Shown here: piece after piece, positions 21,294 through 33,900 of the stretch
How positions within the stretch are numbered: the first letter of the stretch is position 1
Layout of the letters: each line of letters opens with the position of its first letter
Assembly (NCBI RefSeq): GCF_032062105.1
Contig: NW_026932975.1
Location: 310,001 to 374,000, forward strand
Source of the DNA: Saccostrea cucullata
Taxonomy: Eukaryota
Reading direction: 5' to 3'
DNA: 64,000 nt
Made by a program: the position numbers and the translations under genes
The notes under the pieces: generated by a model
The model's input: the letters and a program-made list of their open reading frames with translations, nothing else
Told to the model about the DNA's origin: nothing
The model's database searches: none

Positions 21294-24200
21294 GATTTTA
21301 ACCAAACTTGGTACAAAGCATCCTTGGGTGAAGGGGAATTTAAATTGTTAAAATGAAGGGCCAGGTTCTCTCACAATTGGAGATAATCAAGAAAAGACAA
21401 TAATAGGGTGGGGTCATTAAAAAATCTTCTCAAGAACCACTGGGCAAGAAAAGCTGAAACTTATGTGGAAGCATCCTGGGGTAGTGTAGATTCTGAATTG
21501 TTCAAATCATGACCCTTGGGGATTGGGCGGTGCCACAATAGGGAATCTCAAGTTTTACATAGAAATATATAGGAAAAATCTTCTTCTCAAGAACTACTTC
21601 ACTTGGCCAGAAAACCTGAAACTTATGTGAAAGCATCCTGGGATAGTGTAGATTCTAAATTGTTCAAAGCATGACCCCCGGGGGTTGGGTGGGGCCACAA
21701 CAGGGAATCCAAATTTTACATAGAAATATATAGGAAAAATCTTCTTCTCAAGAATCACTGGGCCAGAAAAGCTGAAATTTATGTGGAAGCATCCTGGGGT
21801 AGTGTAGATTCTAAATTGTTCAGATCATGTCCCCCGGGGACTGGGCAGGGCCATAATAGGGATTAAAGTTTTACATAGAAATATATAGGAAAATTTTTTA
21901 GAAAATCTTTTTCTCAAGAACTACTTTGCCAGAAAAGCGTAAACTTATGTGGAAGCATCCTGGGGTAGTGTAGATTTTAAATTGTCCAAATTATGACCTG
22001 TGGGGTACGATGGGGTCACAATAGGTATTACAAGGGGGGAATCTGGTTAAGAATAGCATGGTCAAAGCTTCTCAGGTGGGCGATGTGGCCCATGGGCCTC
22101 TTGTTAGACTGGGTAGGAAGGTAGGCATTCTTCTTTTTTTTTTTTGAAAAAAAAAAATGTTTTCAGATTATTGTTAGATAACAAATAATGGAGCTTTTTA
22201 TAAGCCCACTAAACATGATTCATGAATAAGCTCCACTCTTGTTATAAACCACTGACTGATAAAAACAAAAGTCAAAAATTGAAAATGAAAAAGTTTCAAT
22301 ATCCTGAATAATTGAAAAAAAAAAATTACAAATGGCTAAAAATAAGTTTGGGTTGCATTTTCATTGGGTCGGTAGGCAACTGCAAACAAACAAATTTTTA
22401 TTTTAGGCCTTATTCAATACCTATTGCCAAAAATATATCGTTGACATTCATGGCTGTTTTAGCTGATGTTTCCATAAATAATAAACTGTTCTCCTCTGCA
22501 TATGCCTGGGCTTCCTATAAGAATAAAGAATACATTCAATGACAGTTTTGATATATATGATACATATGCAATTTATTTTGTTGGTCAAATAATGAACCAA
22601 AAAGTTGTATGAAGTTCTTTTAGTGAGATTTCAAACACAACATTCCTAAAATTTCCACACCATAAAACCACTAAAATTATAAATTAATTGCATTTTCCTC
22701 ATATTCATCAAATTTTTTGACAAATTCAGTTAGACATAATATTTTTCATTTTTACCTCATATTCAACCATTCTCTTTTGTGCCAAGTCTGATTTGTTCCC
22801 TGCCAGAGCAATCACAATGTTAGGACTGGCCTGTCTTTGAAGTTCTTTGACCCAGTTCTTTGCCCGACCAAAGGTATCCTGTACAAAATAAAATTTTTAC
22901 TTCAATTAAAAGATTAAAGCATCATTAAGAATGATTGTATGTTGCTTAATGTCCCTCTTGAGAATTCTTCACTCATATGGAAATGCCTTATCAAGAATGA
23001 AGACAACACATTAATGAAGGACAACTCTTTAATTTATAATTTAATTCAAAAAGTCTTTAAATGAAGCTTGAAAATTAAATATTTTCATGCAACAATTTTC
23101 ATTATCAATGTGTTTCAATGTTCTTTGCAAAGCTCCATAAATTACTTCTAATTTCATATCATGTTAATAAACATTGGTATCTTAGGCCATATAAAATTGA
23201 AATCTTTTTTCAACCAAAGCGCATCCGTTTAAGATATATAGCCGCATTGCCGATTTTATTGTATTTTTGATAAAATAAAAAGCTGGTATTGCGGGATTTA
23301 AAACGAAAAAAAATTAGACCTCATTTGTTTTGTAGTTTAGTATTCAAATATCACTTCCGGTAGCCATTTACAAAAAGATTTTGGCGGGGGTTTGAAAATA
23401 CATTCGAGGACATTACCTATGATGTTTACACGCTGTTAAGCAATGGATAAAGCAGAAATTTTGATCAGAAATGGAAAGTATATCTGTGATTAAAAAATTA
23501 TCTTTATGTTATAGAAAATTCGGAAAGTAAAATAAAAAAAAAAAACCTCCCTATCTTTTATTGCCAATAAAATTCAAAATCAATGTGTTTCGCATCCGTT
23601 TTGGAGAAAATTGGCCTGACAACCAGGGAATTAAATTTAGATAGCCTTAAAATGCTTTTTCGGGATAAGAATTTCTACTTTTAATTAGACCTTTCTGAGA
23701 AGTTCAAAGAACCTTGAAGCACACTGAGAGCCATGTAATGAAAATTGTTGCATGAAAAGATTTAATTTTCAAGCTTCATTTAAAGACTTTTTGAATTAAA
23801 TTATAAATCAAAGAGTTGTCCTTCCTGGCTGAGGGTCGGAGTCCCTTAATGATGTATGTGAATATAATTAGATATGTGAACTTGTGCCACATGCCTTACC
23901 TGATTTGTAATGTCGTACACGACGATAGCAGCCTGTGCCCCTCTGTAGTACATGGGGGCCAAACTGTGGTATCGTTCCTGACCCGCAGTGTCCCAGATCT
24001 CAAATTTCACTGTTGTGTCATCTAGACACACAGTCTGTGTTAAAAATGCAGCTGAAAAATATTTCATTCATGATAATTAGTCATCTCTGAGAATTTTTTT
24101 TTCAAAAGGAAAAATTCCACCACATACACATGTATATCGAAAATATGCTATATATCACCAGCCTGATGCCACAAAACAAGATACGGGTCATGAATAAAGA

Positions 24201-25143
24201 TCCATCTGGTCAAAGCTGGCCAGACTTCATAGCTCATAGTCAAATAAAGGTTAAGTTTTTGCTATAGAAATGTCAATATAAACAAATATTTTTTTTTTTC
24301 AGATTTTGTTTTTGATAATAGGGTTTGAATTTAATTTCTGATTTCTGTCTCTCTTCCTTCATGAATGTTGCCACTTATATTTGTTGATAAGTATACAGGG
24401 TTGTCATTGACAAATATGGTTGGAGACTGTAATTGTACTTCATATGGAAGATCAGCACACTACAATTTCTACTGCATATGTAACTACAATACATTATAAT
24501 ATTTTCCTAGTGTCTAATGCATACAACTCACCAGACTAAAATCATTATTCATGTATAAAACATTTTTGAAAAATTACAAGGGAAATCTTTGACATATTCA
24601 TAATTTGTTAAATACTGTCAAAGCACAGATATTCATGTGGGATTAAATTTCGTTTATTTCATTGTTAACAATTATCAACGAAATTAAATCCTACACGAAA
24701 TTTTATATGACTACATATTGAGTAGGATTACTTTCAAAACAATGAAATTAAATGCCCACAAAACTATTTTTGATGACAAATCAAGGACATTTTATCCCCA
24801 CGAAAATTTGTGATTCTACAGTAAAATAAATGTGAAAGCAAAAGTCTACAGACCTAACTGATGTTTTTTTTTTAAATTTTCAACAAAACCATGGGAGAAG
24901 AACACTTTTAATGAAAATTTAAGGAATATAAGAATGCCTATCTGCATCTTACTCTTAGACATCACCATTAATACAAGTACCTCCTATTGTGCTTTCCTGA
25001 TATTCATGGAACTGTCCTTTAACAAATCGTAACACTAAACTGGACTTTCCAACAGCTGATTCTCCCAACAATACAAGTTTAAACTGACAGATTTTGCCCT
25101 GGGTGGCTCCATTGGGCCTCTGTGGTCCACTTCGGCCTGCCAT
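20897..25143 (-). CDS. RAB5: Ras-related protein Rab5, 213 aa
   Basis: Exons 25143-24981, 24051-23900, 22878-22756, 22514-22421, 21006-20897 (642 nt). Motifs [36 protein letters not shown] and a C-terminal CCK prenylation site. Acceptor upstream of the ATG at 25188. The 3' UTR probably runs to an AATAAA near 18795. Confidence 0.97.
21134..22409. mobile_element. PIF/Harbinger-type MITE in the last Rab5 intron
   Basis: TTA|GGCC...TTTGTTTGCAGTTGC ... GCAACTGCAAACAAA...GGCC|TTA. Confidence 0.75.
21178..22105 (+). mobile_element. Helentron-associated non-autonomous element (HINE-like) with about 165-bp internal tandem repeats, nested in the MITE
   Basis: Head TTTTAGCTCACCTGAG plus hairpin and GTCC microsatellite; four to five repeats containing AAGCATCCTGGGGTAGTGTAGATT; tail CTCAGGTGGGCGATGTGGCCCATGGGCCTCTTGTT. 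Confidence 0.85.
23016..23824. repeat. 89-bp inverted repeat (arms 23016-23104 and 23736-23824) in a Rab5 intron
   Basis: The arms are reverse complements with 2 mismatches; spacer 631 nt. Confidence 0.9.
23185..23646. mobile_element. PIF/Harbinger-type MITE inside the inverted-repeat spacer
   Basis: TTA|GGCCATATAAAATT ... AATTTAGATAGCC|TTA. Confidence 0.65.
24615..24821. mobile_element. Tc1/mariner-type MITE, inverted copy of the 15935-16141 family
   Basis: TA|CTGTCAAAGCACAGATATTC ... GAAAATTTGTGATTCTACAG|TA; aligns in reverse complement to 15935-16141. Confidence 0.8.
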
Positions 25144-26274
25144 AGTTAGGCCTTATGAATAGTCTTTATTTCGTTAATCTTGTTAACCTGTAAATACAGA
25201 AAACTGGGATTTATAAATATGAGCCATGAAATTAAAATATCTGATAAAATTAAAAAAAAACTTACATTTTCAATATATAAAAAATCTCATGCAAGTATTT
25301 ATGCCTTCTCTCTTTCATTCATATTGCTTGGTTTGGTAATCACTAAATCAGGTAATATTTTGAAATACTGCAAATCCTAACTCATAAACTCAACTAGAGA
25401 TACCTTCATTTGTATGCATTATACAAATTCAATATTCTTCAAAGGGTGAAAAATAAATGAATAACCCGTTACGACGTGTATTGTCGATGAAAACAAAACA
25501 AAAAGTGTTGTATAAATGAGAGCCCATGACAGTGACTCTGAGTCATAAACTGTGAACAGCGATGTACATACTATATGCCATGAGAAAGAGGTGAAAATCC
25601 TTAGATCGTTATGTATACCTCTCCAATGAAAGAAAAAGCTTCATAAATCTATAAATGATACAACACGGAAGGCAGATAAAATATTGACAGCCATTCCAAA
25701 CACAATCGAACCATTTAGCAACACCACATCACGAGTTCGCTGAATTACTGTACTTACAGAGCATAAAAAAGTTATTTGTTGTGGATAAAAAGAGTATATG
25801 TTACCTCTAAAATGTATATACTTCTCTTTAGAAACGAAATATTGCCTAAAATATGAATTTTAGACACGTAAAATGCTTTATTATTACGCAGAAACACCCT
25901 CTACGACCTACAACACTCTACTTTTTGACCGGAATACATTGCGCACAAAATATAGTTCTAAATTGTATGGAAATTTATTTACTACAGCAAAGATTGAATC
26001 GAAATTGGTGATATCTTTAAGAAAACTATAATACAATAATACTGTTTTATTACTTTTAAAATGTATGAATAGTTACAATGAATTTTGCGCATTTATACAA
26101 TCAATAATTAACACACCACTATCAAAATGTCAATCAAGTGTATTACGTCAAAAACGGAAATAACAAAGTCTTCTGCTACTGTAATAATTTTTTGGTGATT
26201 TATCTACAGGAAAGTGAAACTATCAGTTGACATAATATACTTTATTATAGCATTATATTCAAATTAAATATATA

Positions 26275-26867
26275 CTCGATTCTCATTATATCGCGGGTTT
26301 CGTTGTATCGCGGTATGTCGCAAAAATATGGATACAAAGCCTTTATTCTTTTTATTGATGAACAATATTTTTATGTTGTCTGAATGTTTACTTTTATGAT
26401 GATTAAGAAGTATGGAACATCCGTTTGAAAAAAATATTTTTAAAAAAACGTAATTTTTCAGATTTTCAGTCACGTTTTTATTATCTTTAAGCATTAAATC
26501 TATAACCTTGTAAAAATTATACAATAGCTCATCTTTCAAAGGTCTTAAGTTCATGTATTTATTTACTTTTCCTGTAGAATTACATAGTAGATTCAAAAAT
26601 AAATATTGAGGTCCATGTCATCTGCAAGTTTCCATGTTTTCCTATACCGCGATACAATGAGACTCTCCAAGTTTGGAGGTAAATAAGACTTCCTGTTTTA
26701 AAAATAGACAATAACTTAAACGATACAAGCTTGAGATATAATTTTACACTAAAAAGTTAGTCCACAGATTGGTTTATTAATATTTTTTGATGAAAGTTAA
26801 AAGTAAAAAATTGGATCAACACTTTTTATGCAAAAGGATTAAGTACCGCGATATAATGAGACACCAG
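26275..26867. mobile_element. TA-flanked MITE between the Rab5 and EFHB starts
   Basis: TA|CTCGATTCTCATTATATCGCGG ... CCGCGATATAATGAGACACCAG|TA, with internal copies of the CCGCGATA motif. Confidence 0.7.
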
Positions 26868-27307
26868 TATATAATATATAATTAACGTTTTACATCTCGA
26901 TCAGTGTCAAATCGACAAATGTTCCAAATTTTATGTTTTTGTGTCAAATGAAACTTACATGCACTGTACTAATATAATAGTTTTCATTTGTTTTACTCGT
27001 GTTATTTATTTATGACCTCTTCTTTTTTCATTTAACTTCACTTAGACAGATATGGTCTAACTTTTGCAGAGTGCTAAAACAGACATAGAAAAAATGTTTT
27101 GGACGTCATCGGTTTTGTGGGTCACTAGTTTTACCACATTCTATTTGTTTTCGCATTTTCAACTTGGGACAAAATTTCCCTATGTAATGATTTCATGTAA
27201 TTATCAAAGCAAAAATGTCTTCAAGTGTCTTATTTTATTTAGACAAAGTTTTCTAATTTTGATGAAAATATTTACGAAAATAATAAAGGAAGCAAACTTT
27301 GACCTTT

Positions 27308-27321
27308 GTTGCTAAGGCCTC
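27308..27321 (+). promoter_or_regulatory. Partial RFX X-box upstream of EFHB
   Basis: GTTGCTAAGGC about 110 nt before the ATG of a ciliary-type gene; only one good half-site. Confidence 0.3.
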
Positions 27322-27424
27322 ATCAACAGAGAGAGGAGTAGGGTATGCTATATATTGGTGAAGGATTTGACAGCTGAAGCGCTGTAAAATCTCAATAATT
27401 TGGTTATTTTCTAGATAAAACAAA

Positions 27425-30400
27425 ATGACATCACAAGTTAAGCTACCCGATGTACAAATGCAAGGCATTTATTCTGGAAAATTTAAAGACTGGAGTCCAT
27501 CTATAGCCCCCGTAAGTATTTTATAGATGTTGCACTATCAGAATACAAATGTAATACTTTTCTATTATATTGTTTAAGCAAATCGTAGATACATAACTGA
27601 AAAAAGTCAATAAATCACGTCACTTTAGTTTTGTCACTTTCCTGATCAAAGATGTTTGAAATACACTAAATAAATATTTTTCTAGCATCTTGCAATAACA
27701 TCTTATTTTTTGCAGGCTGGTAAATTGACATCTTGTGGGGACACGGCTATTCAATGTTTGAAGCCAAAAGATGACAGAGTTAGTAATTAATACATGTATA
27801 ACTATAGAAGAATGAAACAAAATAAATGTCAAGTATATTATACATGCTTATAGTGCGAGCATACTCGAATACCGAGGGATGCACTTACAGCAGAAGAAGA
27901 AGAATTCAATAAATAATTTATGAAATACAATGTCTCAAAAAACAAAGAACATTATTTATTTGCAAAATCTTTTATCTTTAGCCACCATCTCCAAGTGTTA
28001 TCAGAAAGTTCAGAGCAACAGTCAGGCCAGATGCTGGACAGATGAGAGTTTTCTATGGTAAAGCTGGAGACCCCCACCAGCAGTGGGCAGAAAACATGAC
28101 CCATGGCATCAACACAATGCCATCAGATTCCTCAGGGGCTATTGTTAATCCCCCTTATAAAACCCTATTTCAACAGAGATTAGTGGACAGAAAAGAGCGA
28201 CTTTATTCCTCTCATCAGCGAGCTCCTCTTGGGAAGTCACATGACCAGTCTACTGGTCTCCCCAGAGGCCTCAACAGAGACACCTTCACCTTTGGTGTAC
28301 CTACAGAACTTGGTAAATGAAAGGCACAAAATCTATCCATTGATTTGCCATTTCCACATAATTACAATTAATTTTGACTTAATGTTACACTCATTTCCAA
28401 CACTTTAAATAGATAAACAATAAATCTGCATATAGAATTTGGCAAGGATTAGAGAGTGTTCGGCAATTTTTTTGCAACAATAATCCCAACACTTGATATT
28501 TATAGATATTGGAGCTGGTGGCTTGATAAATCCAAACAAGACTTATGCTGAGGTTGAGCAAGAATCAGCAGTGGGACATGAGCTCTATAGAAGGTCACAC
28601 ACTGAGTTTGATGTGGGAGAGAGGCACAATCGTAATTACAGTGCAAAGTATGATCCTAACTCTAAGTTTGGTATTCCTACTCCTCACCACAATGATGGCC
28701 TGATGGTAAAAACTACAATGAAGTGGCAATATGAAACACAACAGGAAAAAGCCAGTAAAGTTGTTTCCAAGAGGGTGGATGATTTCAGGGAGAGAACTCA
28801 ACCTCAGCTTGGACAGGTCCATGATCCGTAAGTATGAGAGAAACAAACACAAGCTGCAGGATGTTACTGCATGAAACTAGTTTATGAGAAACTAGAAATA
28901 TGCAACATCATAAAAAAATATCAGTACATGTATACTTATGTATTGAGGAATTGCACTCTTTTAGAACTGACTGAGGGACAAGCAGATAATGATGTCAATG
29001 ACGGCATTTTATTTTGTGCAATGAAAATTAATGTGAATAGCTATTAGGCATTAGAGATAGAACATTTAAACACTACTTTTTTTTTTATACATCTCTGTCC
29101 AGGATCAAGGACACCTTAACTGTTCCCTCTGACCACACATTTGGAATTTTGGTCAAACCTGATGAGTATGGAGCAGGAGATTTGATGCACCAGCGGGCAC
29201 CAGGCGAGTACCTCCGGGGTAAGGACAGACAAAGGGGAGTTCTGGCTGCCATCAGACAACACCTGAAGAAAGCCAACTATCACAACTTTGATGATTTAGT
29301 CCAGGCATTCAAATTCTATGATAAGGTACATTTTTTCTTTTCAATGTATGCAATATCATTTTCATGCATCTGTCATTCTCATGCAGCTGTACATATTCAA
29401 CCCAATATAATTTGATGAACAGTGGTGATTCTATTTATTTACAGGACAACAAGGGTAAAATAGATATCCATGATCTGAGAGAGGCTTGCTTACAATATCA
29501 CCTCCCTGTGGAGCCAGAACTTTTGGAACAGCTATTATACTACTGTGATTCAAACAAAGATGGCTTTATCAACTATTTAGAATTTGCCAACTTCCTTAAC
29601 TGGAAAGACAAGATGAAATCAGGTTTCCCAGAAAAGACAGGTAATTACTTTATTGAAAAATTGCATGTTTTCAGTTTCACTTATTTTGATCTTGCAGCAG
29701 TAAATTTCAAGCAATTTCATTTCATGACTTTGCAGAGCTGGAGAAACAAGCAGAGACGAGGAGATCTAGTTCTAGAGCTTCATCCCGGGCGGAGACTACT
29801 CTTGATCTGACTGAGCCTTCAGACCTCCAGCCCAAATCTCCCCAGAGTGCTGAGAGTACCCCTAGAGTTCTACAGAAACAAATAGACAAAGCCATTGGGG
29901 ATCATCGAACTCAGAGCAGCATGATCAATGCTGTGGTTGGTGGCGTATCCACACAAGGTACAAAAATACAACATCCCGTGATGTTTTTCAGAATTATCTT
30001 TTAAATAATAAATAACTTAGAAATGAAAGAGAAAAAAAAGTTTTAAAAATACAGATATTTTTCTGAAGCTAGTCCTTATTACAAAGTTTAAAAAAAAATG
30101 TTTTAATGAAAGTGAAAGCCCCCCCCCCCCTTCCCTTCCAAAATGACTTAATCATCTTGCATGAAATCAAACCAAATGTAAAGACTAGCTATTATAAATT
30201 TTTAACAGGATATAGAACCTATGGTGTCCCAACCATCAGGACAGATTTGCGTGCTCCCAGAATCAAGAGAGTGTGTGACACCAAGAATTACGGAGATGAG
30301 TCGGATGCTTATGGCCTAGTTAATCCCTCTATCTTCAGTCGGAGAGGAGTCCATGAAAAAGATTTCTTACTGCCTAGAAGTAAAGAAGAGGTAAGTTCTA

Positions 30401-30946
30401 GTGAATACAGATACTGCTAATCAGTTTTTATTCATTGAACTTTGATTTTGCATGATTAAATTAGACTGTCTGACAATATTTCTCTTATTATAGATATATG
30501 TACAAGAATAAATTAAATTCCTGAAAATATAATTTTTTGTATAAAAATATACCAAATAACTTTATATTGTTTAAATAAGGTATCATGCAAATTCTACAGT
30601 AAATAACCTCCAATTTAATTGGTATATTTTAACTTGCATATTTTTTTGTGTGCAAATTTAAATGTTCAATAGCAAGAATTATAAAAATTCAGATTCCAAC
30701 CTTCTAATATTAATTATTATCTGTTAAATTTGCTGATTGTCTATACCATATGGAATAACTTTTCAGATTAGGGATATCTTTGCCAATGTTGGCACTTTGA
30801 TGACGGGGGATACCTTTGAGGAGCTGTATAGGACTGCTGCGGCCCAGCACCCTAAGGGACATGTCAGTGTAGAGTCATTCCGGGGGGTGCTGGACGATGT
30901 CCAGGCTCAGAAAATAATCACAAAAGAACACCCACTGGCAGTGTGA
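27425..30946 (+). CDS. EFHB: EF-hand domain-containing family member B (CFAP21), about 601 aa
   Basis: Exons 27425-27511, 27716-27778, 27982-28312, 28506-28827, 29103-29325, 29445-29640, 29736-29957, 30209-30390, 30767-30946 (1806 nt, in frame). EFHB-like blocks RVFYGKAGDP, RAPLGKSHDQ, YGVPTIRTDL and NYGDES; EF-hands DKDNKGKIDIHDL and DSNKDGFINYLEF. The start codon is inferred. Confidence 0.93.
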
Positions 30947-33900
30947 TGAACATTTATAGTACGTGTACAATCATTAACAAGGGGAGCGAAAGAGGAAAAG
31001 GGGGAGGGGTGCAAATTAAAATTGCAAAAAAGAGCAACAGGTCATTTAATAAGCTATAAATATTAAGTTTTCTCTGTTTTTATGTAAATAAGAAGTACAA
31101 ATGATCTGTATATGTAGGAAATTGTGAGTATTTCTTGAAAATCAAACAGAATGAACAGCATTGAAAATAGAATTTCCTAAGATTGCATCGTCCCTGTGAT
31201 AATTAATTCTACCCATCATCCATACTGTAATTCATATCATTTCAGTGGTAAATGTTTTGAGTGCTTACATCATATGAAAGTTTTTAAATATTGTATTTCC
31301 TTGATACAATAAATGTTTAGTTTTAATACTGGTCATCTGAGCATCCTTCTGTCAGAGATTTAAGAACTGACTTAACTTTCTTCTAGCTGTGATAATTCTC
31401 TTAAATATATGTATGTAAGGCACTTTTAAATACAATGTTTTTATATTTTGTGTTTATACAATAAATTGTACAATTATATAAAATATATTTCTCTTTTCTG
31501 TACCTGTAATAAATGAAAAATCCCAGGGAATACACTATATTTTAGAACCATTTTTTAAAATGCAGTTTGTATGAGGTACATGGTTAGACGAGATCTTTCT
31601 TTGGTGGCCAGATACATGTAGCTATAAGTTGTAGATTGACTGTCCACAGGTCAGAAAGCTTAATTGGTTTCAAATCCTCATCTTAATCAAAGTACTGAAA
31701 GTACTGGGAAGCGCTAAGCATGGCTTGAATTTGAAATTCATCAGTATTCAGAATTTAAATTCCTTATTGCGTTGGAATAAATACATGTAATACTTTGACG
31801 ATGCAGCTGTAAAGGGGAGGGGGCGGCGAACACAGTTGTTTAATTGAAATACATGTAAACCCAGTTCTTGATTGCCTTGACTGTTACATTAAATAACATC
31901 GAATGTAAGTTGTATTACTATAACAAAGTCTTTAAATATGCAAAAAAAAAAAAATAACAAAGAGAATCTAATTTACTATCTCTGTGCAATTTTTTTTTAA
32001 AGCAAGTGAGTTACTTTTATTACCTCTCCTTGTTTTTCGCACCATAGAGCAGTAACACAGTTACCCGTATGGAGAGCAAGATTACTTGTGTTGCATTGTG
32101 GGTCCAGGTTTCTGCGATAAAATTAAATTCATATCAATGTTACAGTACGATTTTTTTTCTTCTGACTCATCTCATTTCGGATTATGTATATAGCTCTACA
32201 TTAGCTGGAAAGCTGGGGGGTTTTGGACAAATTTTGAATACCTAAGATGTTGCTGATATCCTTATCTTTAACGTAAAGTGGAGAACACAAAACCTTCCAG
32301 TGAAATTTTGAACAAAAAATCATTGTACTCTCAAGAATAATATTCGTACTTACTAAAATTCAAAACTAACTGTTGGCGACCGTGCCTGTCTTTGTTATTA
32401 TCGGCCGCATAGGTGATCGATCTATTGGCGGTTGTGTTTGAAAGTGCACAGGGAGAATTGAGATATTATTTTTTATTTGTTTAATTTAAAACATCCTTAA
32501 TGATAACATATAATTAAGATTATGATTAAAAGATTTTTAAAATGGCTTAATATTTTGTTTGAACTGTTTTTATTTAGTCATAGATATTTATAAAGTTATA
32601 ATTTTTATATAAACGGTTTTACAAAAAAAAAAAAAATTCCTAGCATGGGAACTTGTAATATATACAAGCAATCAGTAAAAGTTACTGGGTATACAAATAA
32701 TGAATAGAAATTGAACTTTTAAATTTTGTATTGAATATGCTACAGTTGAATAACATAACAATATTTTTTTTCAATATTTCTCATTTATTGTGATACCAAT
32801 CCCTATTCATACAGCATGTTGATATCAACATGTAACAAAAATCCCCGAAGACTTTACTTCTTTTTTCATAACATTGCTACATGTATAATATAAATTTTGG
32901 GTTTAAGGTACTGCATTTGTCTTTTTGTCATTGTGATGAAAAACCATTCTTATCCTTTATCTCTGACTCTCACGCACATGAATTATAATTTATTTGTACC
33001 GAAAATTAAAAACGTTTGACCATTCTTTTTCTCGTGTAATATTTGAAGCTGATTTGTCAATATTTCTTTTTAAAATAAAAATGTTAAATTAAATACTAGT
33101 ACTCTTCTACTTAGAAATAAAAATATATCATTATATTAAAATTCATGAGTATTTTCCTTTGACTCATTTTGGCGGAATTACTTTAAAATGCTTCAGTTTT
33201 TTTTTTCTTCACTATGTAAAACATGCTGACAAAAATGAAATAGCCACAACACCCAAGCGTTCAGTCTAAAGGAATTGTTTGCATCAAAATATTTTGTTAC
33301 AGATAAAGACTATATATAGAACCTAGTTAAACATTTTTTTAATGGAATCGTACATGTACTAATAGATTTGATTCCAATTTGATTTTTAAATACTCATTGA
33401 AACTTTTAAATACACGTGCGCATTAAATCTTTTTAGGGTACTTGTATTAACTTTTTCGACTTACACTGCAGAAATAAGATTTGTGACATAATAATTGGTG
33501 TTTGCCAGTACTTATTAATATGCACAATATTGTTCAGAGATAAGATCCGCCATTATCCACAAACACAGGATTTCCATACATACGAAAGTTAATATTGCCT
33601 CTACTAATTAACACCTATTATGATAACGCCTACAATAAAGTAGCCGACAGAGGGTCGGGGATTTCCAGTTGTATATTTTTAGACGACTTGGTAGAGTTAC
33701 ATAACTTGCTCAGTTGTGCTGTATTTCGTAAGCTTAGTGCTGTATCACTCCTCGAAATTGAGTTCATCATTTTGAAATCGAACATAATATACATTTATTT
33801 TAAAAGATATAATCACCTTTAAAAAGAACCATATATATTACACCACGGAGATAATTTAGGTTAACAATAGGAGCCCATAAAAGGCATTAAAGAACTCCAT

